Of a stretch of DNA of 64,000 nt, positions 12,520 through 23,835 are shown piece after piece. Position numbers and translations under genes: made by a program. The notes under the pieces were generated by a model. The model saw only the letters and a program-made list of their open reading frames with translations, was not told where the DNA came from and made no database searches. Position 1 is the stretch's first letter. Every line of letters begins with the position of its first letter. Location of the stretch: positions 248,001 through 312,000 of the forward strand of contig JALMLS010000255.1 in the NCBI GenBank assembly GCA_038496445.1, in the 5' to 3' direction. The DNA comes from Trichosphaerium sp. ATCC 40318. Lineage: Eukaryota > Protista > Tubulinea.

Positions 12520-13885
12520 AAAATTTGGCCATCAAATTTTGTTTGGATTTGACAATCAAAAAATCCAAAAAAAAATTACTGCAATTAAATGACAGCTTGT
12601 AATCATAAGGTACAAAAACATGTATTATTAATAGATGAGGGTGTTTTAAAGTTATTAGGGCATTTACTTAAAAAGTAGAGGAGAAAACTTAATAAAGTGC
12701 AAAATGTAGCTTTTTGCTGAATTTTGTTGTTTTATTGCATAACTTTGGTCTGACTGTATGAACTGCTCAGAAAATGTAGCATTAGGTATATTTAGGTATG
12801 ATGCATGGTTTCATGGTGGTTTGGGGATCAACTCACCATTTTTAGGCAAAAACAACAGAAAATATGTATTTGGAGTAGTTTAAGGATATTATGGCCTAAT
12901 AGCTCTATTAAACCACTTTTTAAAGGCGATTATGGGTTTCAAGCATTTTTCTGAAATAGTTGTTAAGTTGTGGATATTAAGTTGGGTTTTAGGACAATTA
13001 AGGCATGATGTCTAAAATATCTCCTCAAACAGGTCAAAAACATGGTCATTTAGTGGTAATGGGGTTGTAATGTAATGTAATGTGATGTAATGTAAATGTA
13101 CTTGTAATAGTTAAGAAAACAATAAACCAATCCATCATTTTTACTATTTTGTGTACACAATTATAACTGCCAACACATATTTTGACCCGTACCTAACCGT
13201 ACGGGTTCTGTACTTTTGACCCGTACAAAACCCGTATGGAACCCGTACTTTTGACCTGTACGCAACCCGTACAGAACCCATACTTTTGACCTGGATTAAA
13301 CCTGTACGTAACCCGTACTTCCGACCTGTACGGGATCCGTACTTTTTGACCCATACTCTATCCATACATTATCCGTACTCCCGATTTTACTACTGTGGCA
13401 TCACATACTACTTTAGAGTTGTTTATCCTGCCTTATTGTAAATACTTAAGCAAGAACTTACCTAATTAGGCAAAAAATCTCAAATCCAATAATTGTCTTT
13501 AAAAAGAGGTTTAATGGAGTTATTGAGCCATAATATCCTTAAACTATCCTAAATATCTATTTTCTATCATTTTTGCCTTAACAAGGGGCACCAAACCCCA
13601 AACCACCACAAAACCATGCATTGTACCTAATAGTGGGCCATACTTTGTTTTTTAAAGGATTCGTACTAGTAGACCTGAGTTATTCACAAAAAATAGGAAA
13701 ATCAAGAAATTGTTGGTTTTTGGGTATTTTTAGATTTTTTCACCTACTTTTAAAGCCATGCCGATACAAACCTAACTACTGCTTACTTGGGTGAAAATAC
13801 ATGTTTTATTGTTAACAATTGGAGACATGGTTGAGTTTTGAGTTTGTCAATTTTGTTATTTTGAATTTTTGGCCAAATTTCTATT
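12520..13885. repeat. Diverged ~400-bp inverted repeat (arms ~12520-12945 and ~13475-13885); third partial copy at ~17030-17165
   Basis: Reverse complement of 12795-12940 aligns by eye with 13480-13630 (ggtttaatrgagytatt...ccataatatccttaaacta...ccccaaaccacc...aaccatgca). The same block recurs at 17030. Confidence 0.8.
13180..13378 (+). repeat. Subterminal tandem array of ~35-bp units built from three ACCCGTAC subunits; decayed copy at ~14885-14975
   Basis: ttttgacccgtac-nnaacccgtac-ngaacccgtac repeated about 5-6 times, ending at terminus tcccgattttactactg (13379-13395). Confidence 0.85.
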
Positions 13886-14149
13886 AAAGACAAATCATGG
13901 TTAAAACACACAAATGGCACATTTTGGACACATTTATTTTCCACACAAATGGCACATTTTAGGCATGCATATTTTGTCTGATTCCACCACTGTAGTGTGC
14001 TGATGATAAATACTGCAATATGTAAATAACAGTGGTGGAACTGTTTTTGGCCAAAAAAATGAGCAAATATAAGGCATGTTTTGTAATTTTAGGCTTTAAA
14101 ACCTTATATTTAGATTGAATAGCTAGCAACTGGTCATTGATTAACCTTA

Positions 14150-14640
14150 AAAAAGCCAATGTTAGTCCAATAATGCTTCATTTTAGTGCAACAACAAGAC
14201 ATTTTACCTTTACTTTTGAATGTGGCCAAAACACCATATACAAGGCTTTATATAAGCATACAATAGTGATTCATTTATTAAAGTACATTTAGTTTGAAGG
14301 TATTTTGATTTCAAAATATTCTTGTGCTGTGGATGTTAGAGGGAAGAGTGCACTTTTAATTTGTTTCTTTTGCTTTTCAAATTCAGTGTGACAGCTGGAT
14401 GAGTAACTAGAAGTTGTATGTAGTTAACACATTTGAGATTTTGAAAGGTTTCGCTTTGTTTAAAACCCACACTACTAATTTCTTGTCAATCTTTGCTTGT
14501 CCTGCTTTGGACAAAGGTTTTGAATGCTGAAATGAACTAGTGGCAGCTGAATGTACATGACCCAGAGTAAACACTGGAAAGTGTTTTGTTATTCTCCAAT
14601 TTGGCTTTGGTTGATTACTTTCTGGTTTTGCCATCAAGAT
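14150..14640 (-). pseudogene. Possible hAT-like transposase fragment
   Basis: QAKIDKKLVVWVLNKAKPFKI resembles the hAT 'I...PF..V' segment, followed by many stops. Lies inside a CAGTGGTGGAA terminus at 14030. Confidence 0.3.
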
Positions 14641-15396
14641 TACAATTAATGATTTATTTTACAAACAACTTAAGCCAAATAAAAACTTATTGGTTTTTAC
14701 AAAAAAACAGTGAGCTGAATATTGAGTCATTTCTTTCCCACCTCTACTCAGGTATATGGGGTAGATTAAGGATATCATGGCTCAATAACTCCATTTTCAG
14801 CACACACTGCAATGCAAGTTAGAACATGATTTGATTACACCCAGACCAGACAGATTCAGACTTATCACAGTACTGGAATCGGGATTTTGACCTGTACTAA
14901 ACCCATACAGAACCTGTACTTGCAACCCATATAAAATCTGCACAGAATCCTACTTTTTGACCTGTACTCTACCCATCATTTTCTTGAAACTGGTGTTTAG
15001 TTCTGGAGACACCATTCTCTAGCTGTTTTTTAATGATATTTGTGATTCTAACAAGTGTGTCCATATTTGCACTTGAACTTATCTACTTTAGACATATTTT
15101 TATGTCTGTCTATGAGTTGTTTAGATCCTAACAAGTCTGTGACTTAATAATATTAAGCTCATCAAGTGACGCTTTTACAGCTAGTTCTATGGCTTCAAGT
15201 TCAGATTCTGTAGAGTTGTCATAAAACATTGTAGCTGCTTTAGTGCATGTTTTTATTACATGCAAAAGCCATTGCTGATGATGCAACCTTATCATCCACC
15301 ACACTACTGTCAGTACCTATGACATAGTGCATTTGACCTTTTACTTCTACTGAATATACAAAGCTTTGAAATGCTTGTCTTGTATATTTGCCTATC

Positions 15397-16458
15397 CTAG
15401 GTTCTACCTTCAGACTGTTGTAAAATGTCCAACAGTTTCAGACTTACAACATGCATACAGTGCTCATAGTGCTTTGTCATCTGTTTTCTTGTGATTGCAC
15501 AAAGTCCTTCCATTATTTCAACATAAAGTGGTGCACTTTTACATTGTTTTTGAATGTACATTTTAACATCATGAAAAACCAATTTGCAAGGATTAGTTTC
15601 TGGTGAGTACTCAGGAATAAACAGTATTTTTACTATCATAGGAGTCTGAGCCCCAATGAACTCCAGCATTGTCCATAGCAGATAATGGTCTTTTCACAGG
15701 TGTCCTTTTTGTAACAAAAAAACCTCTTACCATTGTGGATTTCAAACAATTCGAAAAATGTATTGGTTTCTATAAAAGCCATCATGGTAACTGTCATAGT
15801 AGTTGCTAGCTGTGTTTTGATACATATTGAAGTCTTTTGCCTTTTTTTGCAAAAACTTGTTGTTTATGCAAATCTAAAACAAAAATCAAAAAATAACAAA
15901 TACAATCAACTTGCACCACACTGAAAATGATGACTCATCCAAACACTTCACCAGTGAGATGTCAATGTTTTGTATGCCCAATAGTAATTATAAATATTAT
16001 GACATGTAAACTTGGCAATGTTGGCTCGAGTTGCTGGCTGGTGATAAGAGTTCCAGCTGGCAAATAAACAACTCAAGTATGGCTCAGTTACTTCCAAACC
16101 AGTCTCCTCCTCAACTAACTTTACAGTATTCAAGTAAAGTTCTACCAGGATCTGTAATCACATTATTGGTGATAATTAAAAGAAGTAGTATCCAAGAGTG
16201 TTTGGATGAAAAGTTATTGGATTTTTCATTTTGTTACTCCAGTATGCTCAAGCAGTTCCAACATAGCACTTATGTATTAATTGGTATTGTTATTGATGCT
16301 GGATTGTAAAGTATGTACTTAGATCAGATAGCTTTGCTCTTTCACATCTATGAGCACATGGATCTTGCTGTGATCTTCAAGCCATTTTTAAGTCTCTTAC
16401 TTTCCACAAAAAACTCACTTGCAATGTCAACAGCATCAGGAGATATTTACTGACCCAT
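15397..16458 (-). pseudogene. IS630/Tc1-mariner (DDE_3) transposase relic
   Basis: ILFIPEYSPETNPCKLVFHDVK matches the LPxYSPxLNPIE..F..xK motif. Upstream HTH-like VEEETGLEVTEPYLSCLFASW. Frameshifted. Confidence 0.75.
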
Positions 16459-17441
16459 GTTGATTGTACACCCTGTTGTAACCTTTGAAAAAAAAACAAC
16501 ACAAAATCTGAAGCAAGACAGGATCAACAAACTTGTGCAACTTTCTGAACTATGAAGTGAGCAAAGAAATGACTGTTGAAACAATCAATCAAGAAATGTG
16601 ACAGCTTGACCAAATTCACAGTTAAAAACATTCAGCCAAAGATGATAAGATTGTTGCTGAGCATCCAAATAATGTTGTAAAATTGACACAACACCCAATT
16701 GATGCCATGGACATTGACAAGATACCCAATAGCACTGTGAATGCCAGCAAGACAACAAAGTGTCCAAATGATGCTGCAAATGCCACCGAACCAGAACTGT
16801 ACTGATCTTCATAAAGATTTTGTAGTTGTTATTGATCAATAGGCCTGTAATTGTCCAATAAACTGGGGTCATTTTTTTATAAAGAAAACATATGATACCT
16901 CTTTCAAACCACTCATGAGGAGAACCACACATTGGGGCTTTGTATGAAATGGTGAACATTTTGACTTTTTAGGCATGTGTTAGGCATTTTTTTAACAAAA
17001 AGCAGTTTTTTTTGACATTTTAGAGTCACTCAAATCCAATAATCATCTTTTCAAAGGGTTTAATGGAGTTATTGAGCCATAATATCCTTAATCTACCCCA
17101 AATACCTATTTTCTATCATTTTCACCTAAAAAAAGGACACCAAACCCCAAACCACAAAACCATGCAGCTAACCCATATGAATTCTGTAGTTTTGATCCAT
17201 ACTTAACCTGTTGAAGGTTAAATGTACAGGCAAATCCTGATTTCTATACATAAGCAATATTTGTTCTTTTTGTTATAGTCATTGGTTAACTTTGATTGTT
17301 TTTCCATTGTTATCTATTAAGTAAAAAAAGAAGATAATACATTAAGATTTATTGTACAAGGTATTTAAAGTGGCAAAAAAGGATTAGATATTGCAGGAAA
17401 TGTCCTAAAACATGTTAATGACAAAACAAAGACAAATTTCC

Positions 17442-19017
17442 TTACTGTGGATACAATGATGGAGGTGCATAACGACTATCAGATGTGTTGTCTTGAGGCA
17501 CAAATACACGTATACCACTACGTTTTTTTGGTCTGGGAGAATCATGTACCCAAGTGTGTCCTTGTGACATGTTTATTGTTGTGTCTCTGTTCAATTGGCT
17601 GTACTCCTCAAATTCTGAACCACTATCCTTTTCTATTGTTGGTTGCGCCTACAAATTATTTGAACAACACTAAAGCATAAATTCCAAACCTTGCAAAAAA
17701 TAGAATACATGTCACAAGCTGGCTCTTCAGTAAACAGGCTGTCACCACTACCCTGCGACTTGAGGAGACTTAAACAACCACCTGCAAGCCTGCCATCACA
17801 GCAACATACAATGTAGGACAATACTGCCACCATAAATACCAAGACAAATAATACGTTTCTTGGCACTAATTGGAGGTCAACTGAAGCAATCGAGTCAGTT
17901 GATGGATCTAGTCTCGTAGTTAATCAATATAAAATTAAGTTAAAAGACATACTCTGTACTATAAAGAATTGTGTAGAACCTAGACCCAACATTGATTCAA
18001 AGGAACCATAAAAAATATCCTCTGCTTTGGCTACATCATGTTGAATCTATACAACTTGTAAGGCACAAGAAGAATGTACTAGCACAGGCCATAAACTAAG
18101 AACGTACAAGGCTAACATTAAATGTGGCATTGCCATGCAAAGTGTGTGCAAAGGAATCATGGTCGCTAACTAAACTTTAAGGTGCTGAAAAAATATCTGA
18201 ATTATAAGCATACGCCTTTGGATTGTAAAGTATGACATAGTGATCTCCAGTTTCACGTGCTTCCACTGTGTACCTGATTTTTAGAAGGCGAACATTAGAA
18301 CCACCTACACGTGGCGTGCACACACAACGTACTGTATGCTGGTGGTACCAGTGGCTTGAGGCTTTCTAGCAGGCGACCGCACCCACTCCTACGATCACAC
18401 ATGTGAGAGGCGCAGAAAAAAAACCAGTCATGTGACTGTAAACGTACATCAAGGCTATTTACAACGAACAGTCTCATCTCTGCTTGTAGGTCTACCCATG
18501 TAATATGCGTGTTTATGGTGGAACCTTTGACCAAGTGCCTGGCCCAGTACTAACCACACCGTTACAAGGCAATCATCAAAAACTACGAAACAAATGCAGA
18601 AAACGTACTTGATAGGCTCCTGAGGGTATCGTCCATTCCTCGACTGCGCTTATATTGAGCTTTGCAGGACGGATATCCGGGTGTTGAGGGAACCAGAAAG
18701 TCTGAACAGTTCCACCGTTATTTAGCACGTGCATTGCACTGTACGCCAAGGTGTTTGGGTTGATCAACCTCGAGGGGTTTAGACCATTACAAAACTGGAA
18801 CAATACCACATGTCTCGTACGCACCTAGTTTCTTCGGCTGTAAGCTGCAGGTGAACAACGCTATGCTGAGCCGTTCTGTAGGCTGTCACCGCCAGAATAA
18901 TTGCAAAAACGCAAATTACCGCACTGTGCAACCCCAGGGCGCGTAGGTTTCTACAAAAATGAGTCCAAGGTACGTGGTAGATGTCGGTTTTTTTTTTAAC
19001 AGACGCGAATTACGCAT
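17442..19017 (-). CDS. Membrane protein with APD1-4-like (DUF4792/4793-type) luminal domain; no RING seen
   Basis: Splices to an open frame: N-terminal hydrophobic segment, ETRLINPNT, YQYWARHLVKGSTIN, HYVILYNP, TM VLFVLVFMVAVLSYIVCCC, cytosolic tail. Start uncertain. Confidence 0.5.
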
Positions 19018-19272
19018 AGCTTATAAAAACGCTTCACTCACACGTTATTTGATCCCAATTTCGCGTTTGGGTCCTGTTGTGGCACAAACGAACGCATGAG
19101 CACGGCCTATTATAAATGATGTACTTTACTATATCGGCATGTCCCCTAGCAACACTCTACCTTTCAAAAAAATGCTGGGGTTGTGTGAACGTTGACTTAA
19201 TCAAAACCATTGGAATAAAATTTTTTTTTTCTTTACATTTTATTTTATCCATAGTGCGTAAAACGGATTACA

Positions 19273-21335
19273 TCACAATATGTGACAACAACATCCAGAA
19301 CTATCGTTCTTGGGCCGCAATAGGGGCGTTTTAGTATCAAGTTGAGCTAGTGAGAGGAGGATGAGCGACATACAAACAAAAGAAAACGGCCGAAAAAACA
19401 AAAAAAAAAAATCCCACAATCCACGTACCTTCAGAATGAACACTTCTATACGCAGGAGCATTTGTGGAAACTTGCAAAGTTCTAACCCTTGCTCGTTCTG
19501 CCTCCTCTCGTATGATGATACTCTATAGGTACAATCATGTGAGCAATCCAAAAAAGAAAAAAAAAGTGTACACTACACTTGAAAAAAATAACCGGTGCGT
19601 ACATTTCGTCCGTGTCTGTCGTACTCTCCCGCTTTGTACGTGAAAAACCCAAAAAACCAATCGCCCACTGCATTACGCTCTGTGACCTTAATACTGGTGG
19701 CTCTACGCGCGAGGAGATCTGGATTAAGTGCAACAAGGTTGTCAATTACTTTGTTCAACGAGCTCATCCACATTAGTTTTTCTTTGGGCGTGTGCGTGAA
19801 CACTGTGTACGTCTATAAATGGGAGAAATGAATAAAATGTGAGGGGTACAGCTTGCAAGTTACCTTTTCCTTGCCAACTATCTGAAACGCGTTTTGTAAC
19901 TGCTCTGTGTCCGGCAAGTCACGTACCCAAGCAGTGCCCATCTTGATAGTGCCTTTGTACTTGAAGCACGAGCTCAAGGATTTAAAATAGGCATAAACGA
20001 GAATGTCTGAAAACAGGAAAAAATTGGTTTCTTTAACAAACCGAGATGTAATCTTCATCACTAACCCTTCGCAAATAAACTTGCGTGTTGGGTCAATAAG
20101 CTCCTGCACAAAGACGAATTAGCTTTTGTAAATTATTTGAAAGCTATGACAGTTTGTTGTGATTGACATGGCGTTGTCCTTGTGTGCACACATACCAAAG
20201 TAAACCCGAAACGTTGCTCCAAGGATAATAGCTTATTCATCCGCTCTGCATCTTTCATACTCTCATTCAAATGTATTGCTACATCCTAATGGGAACAGAT
20301 TTAACGGACATGCACTACAAGGTGCGCAGAAAAGTGTAACATGAGACATACTTCTAATATATGGTGGCCCTTCAAAATGTTCTGTTTGTCAGGGTGATTG
20401 TCAGGCGTCAAATCATACAATGTCTTAAGAAGCAGTACATAACGCTTGTGGACATGTCAATTTCGGGTTATTGAAAGAAAGGGAAAATAGCGTACCGGTA
20501 TGCGTTGTATTGGAAGAATCAGAAACGATGGTAAATCTAACTTATCAGCATTCAGTACCACAGTTTCATTCTAAACAAAAATAAGAATGTACAACCTTGA
20601 CTTGAGGATTTTATGTTGGAAGCCGTATTGCATGCTACCACCATGAAAATATTTTAACGGGAAGTAAAACACGTGCACCTAAAAATTCACGAAAGCTCGT
20701 GTTTTTGTGTGCTGCTTCTTTATATACTTGCATGGCCTGTTCGTAATTGTTGCAATAAATACTGTAAATCTTAAAGTAAGAACCCAAGTTCGAAAATATG
20801 TCGCCAAGCAGCTGCACTTGTGACCAATCTTCAGTTCTAGTTTTCAACGAGTTTAGCACTTCCACACTTAGCGTGTAAATTGACTATCAAAGTTGGTTAG
20901 TGAAATATACGCCAAAAAAAGGGATTGCAGCTGCAAGAAATAAATTCCTCAGAGTTTTTTAGCTAACCTCCACGTTTGAAAACAGTGCAGATATCTCCCT
21001 CTTGCTGATTATCTCTGTCTCTGTACCGACGGCACTCTTTAGCGGATCCAAATAACGCTGAACCCAAACGTTAGTGCAATGCGCCGTGGAGGCAAAGAGC
21101 GTACTGAAATTAGATTTGACAGGCTAGAAACGTATGTTTCTTCACTCGAAAAAATTTCTAGAGCAGCTTTACCCCTCAGGCCCAACCGCTTCAAACTAAT
21201 GCGTTTTTGTTCCTGAAATGCTTGTTCTTGTGACCTAGTGTTCAAGTTGGTTATTCCGCGCTTGTTAGACACTTACCATCTCCTAATTGAGGTTTGGAGC
21301 GCTATTGCAGCATTTTGTTGCGTAGAATCATCCAT
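19273..21335 (-). CDS. IQ-DH-PH RhoGEF ending in a CaaX box
   Basis: IQ-like AAIALQTSIRRW. DH: ALEIFSSEETYVSSL, YSIYCNNYEQA, FLILPIQRIPRYVLLL. PH: RKFICEG...FFLFSDILVY. C-terminus GCCCHIL*. Confidence 0.9.
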
Positions 21336-21503
21336 GACGCTTTTAACTCGTTTTAGCTTGTTGTTATTGCTTCCTTATAACGAGTGATGCATTTACCACC
21401 CAGAATCTTCGTGTATATTTGGAATTTCTTTCGCTAGCGAGTTTGGGTAGCAAACTCTTCCAGCTTTTTTCTTGTCATCTAAACACTTTCGCAACGTACC
21501 ATC

Positions 21504-22335
21504 ATGATTATTTACAAGGACATTTTTACTGGTACGTAGAGTGCTACACAACACGAAAAAAAAAACCACGTTTGTTGTAATTACAGTCTCTTTTTCTCGC
21601 ACCACGCGCGTGCGGCTTGCTCCTCACCCGACACACTAACTGTACTGTGTTTACTGACTCCCTGTACAGGCGATGAGCTCTGCTCCGACTCGTACACACA
21701 AGAAATTGTTGATGATATTGTTATTCAAGTCCAAACAAAGGTACGAAGCGAATTACTCTGTGGTTGTAATTAAAATTTCTAGGCTGTAACCAAAAGCGAA
21801 GGAGACTACGTCCCTTCCAACGACGAAGACGGTCCTCTTGACGCCAATGTCGAGACTGTAAACAACGTCGTCGATGCCCACAGTTTAGTGGAGACCGGTT
21901 TCAAGAAAAAGGAGTTTATCACCTTTATCAAAGATTACATGAAGAGAGTTGCCCTCCACTTGAAAGAAAAGAACCCAGGTACACCCAAGTTTCTATTTTT
22001 TTTTTTCAAAGTAGCCGAACCAAAACAAAAAAAACATAACTCTTTCGGTCCAAGCCTAATCTAACGTGCTGTTTAGAGCGTGTCGCTCCTTTCAAGAAGG
22101 CTGCCAGCCAATTCGTATCCAAGAAGCTCCTCCCTATGTTCAAGGAATTGCAATTGTACGCAAACGCCATCAAAATAGTTGTACGCTTCCGATTTAATAT
22201 TAACACGTTTTTTGTAGCTTCACCGGAGAGTCCATGGAAGAAGGTGGTATGATCGTCATGATGTTCTACAAAGAAGGCGCTACTCACCCATGTATCTGGC
22301 TCTGGAAAGACGGCATCGAAGAGGTAAAATACTAA
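21504..22335 (+). CDS. TCTP: Translationally controlled tumour protein
   Basis: Five exons: MIIYKDIFTGDELCSDSY...FKKKEFITFIKDYMKRV...FFTGESMEEGGM...WKDGIEEVKY*. Confidence 0.95.
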
Positions 22336-22509
22336 AAGAAATGCGAAAATGCATCATGTCTAAGTCCCCTTGTACCCCTCTTGTACCCCCAATCGTCGTT
22401 TAAAGACGTCAGTAAACGAAATGTCAAAATCACTTTAAAAAAAAAGAGCAGTGTCCAATTTTTTTATAATTACATCTTATGGTTCTTGTGTATACCCTGG
22501 GTGCGGTAT

Positions 22510-23579
22510 TTACGCTTCATAAAATTTAGGCAATTTGTCACCTTCCAAAACACGCCTTTCTACCCCGTTTTTGTCGATAATAGCAGTACGGATAATACCG
22601 CCTGAGGAACCATCGCGAGACATGGCCAATGACACGGCGTTAAGAACAAATTGGTGACACTCCTCTTTTGACATACCAGCGCGGTAGTTGGCGTCACAGT
22701 ATCCGTAGATAAAAGTAGAACCAGAACCTATCAGTAGTGAGTTTTTAATTAGAGAGCGACAGGAGGCATAGTCAGTTCAATAGAAAAATGTTCAAAAAAA
22801 TAGAAAAAAAAGTGAAAAAAACAAATTTGAGTGTTCATTCGTGTGCATACCTCCAATTGCGTAGTCTTGGTGTACAAGCGCTCCTCCCAATGGGACAGAG
22901 AATACTTGACCTCCTTTTACAGGATCCCAACCGCCAATGATCATGCCGGCGAGGAGCCTGTCTTTATTCTTGTAGATCATTGATTGGACTAATTTTGCTG
23001 CTGTAGCTACCAAAGGTACTTGTCCAAGTTCTACGCTGTAACAACAGTCAACAAAACTACCTTAGCTCAGAGTGGACAGTACCTGTGCATATCCAAAAAG
23101 TACGTGACGTAGTCTGCCACGGCTACAGATACTGTAAGCAAAACTCTGTTCGTTTGTAAAACTGAAAAAACACGCAATTTTTGAACGATTGTTTCGTGTT
23201 TGTTTAAAACAAAACCAAAAGTTTACCAAGTGTATCTGCCGCAGACCCTGATCTGCAACAATAAACGTTGTCGTGTAGGCGTGTAATTTTATCAGTGACC
23301 CTGTTAGCAATGTATGCGCCAGTTGTAGTTCTAGAATCGGCACCAACGATTACGCCTAGTAATTGTTAGCCGTATGCGTGCCAGTAATACGAGTTACCTC
23401 CATCAAACTCAACGGCCATGATGGTTGTCTTTTTAAATTAGTGAGTTGGTCGTCAAAAACAGGGTACAATAAATGTAAACACGCACTCCCAACATCACTT
23501 CGTTTTTACCAGCGCCAGCCTTTGGCATGGCGTCTTTATTCGTCAAATGCTCCATATGGGAAGGCACAGCGCTCATCAT
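22510..23579 (-). CDS. PSMB6: 20S proteasome subunit beta-1
   Basis: Propeptide, then G|[66 protein letters not shown]. Confidence 0.96.
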
Positions 23580-23835
23580 CTTGCTCATCTCTGCAGTGTA
23601 AAAGTTGGTCAGCACACCAAAAAAAAACCCCAGCACCGAACGTCAACGCGCTTCTTGGTTGCCTTTCGACTTTAAGTGACCTGAACTCACCCCAAGGTCT
23701 TATTATTCACACAACGGAGGTTAGTACTTTTTTGATTGCGTAAAATTAAATTCTCAAGGTGTTCTCACTTGAATTGTACCTGTTACGTGGTAGTGAGTAC
23801 TCTATTAACGTTTTGTAGCCTCTACACCCTTTACA

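Larger units (their letters stand above)
10817..13992. mobile_element. TIR-bounded element (TIR CAGTGGTGGAAT, candidate 3-bp TSD TAG)
   Basis: cagtggtggaat at 10817-10828 and attccaccactg at 13981-13992. TAG flanks both sides. GCAC(A/G)TTTTGG subterminal repeats occur inside both ends. Confidence 0.7.
10817..17215. mobile_element. Island of nested, decayed DNA transposons
   Basis: AT-rich and nearly CpG-free, without host-type exon structure. Contains CAGT-starting termini, subterminal repeat arrays, a thrice-repeated internal segment and at least two DDE transposase relics. Confidence 0.85.

Noticed and set aside
13180-13378. CRISPR-like array or 73-aa repetitive ORF
   Set aside because: No unique spacers or cas genes. 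It is a subterminal TE repeat and the ORF is a by-product.
16585-16959. 124-aa minus-strand ORF in the TE island
   Set aside because: No recognisable motif; probably the antisense of a decayed plus-strand relic.
21531-22077. Intronic snoRNAs in the longer TCTP introns
   Set aside because: No convincing C/D or H/ACA box arrangement visible.
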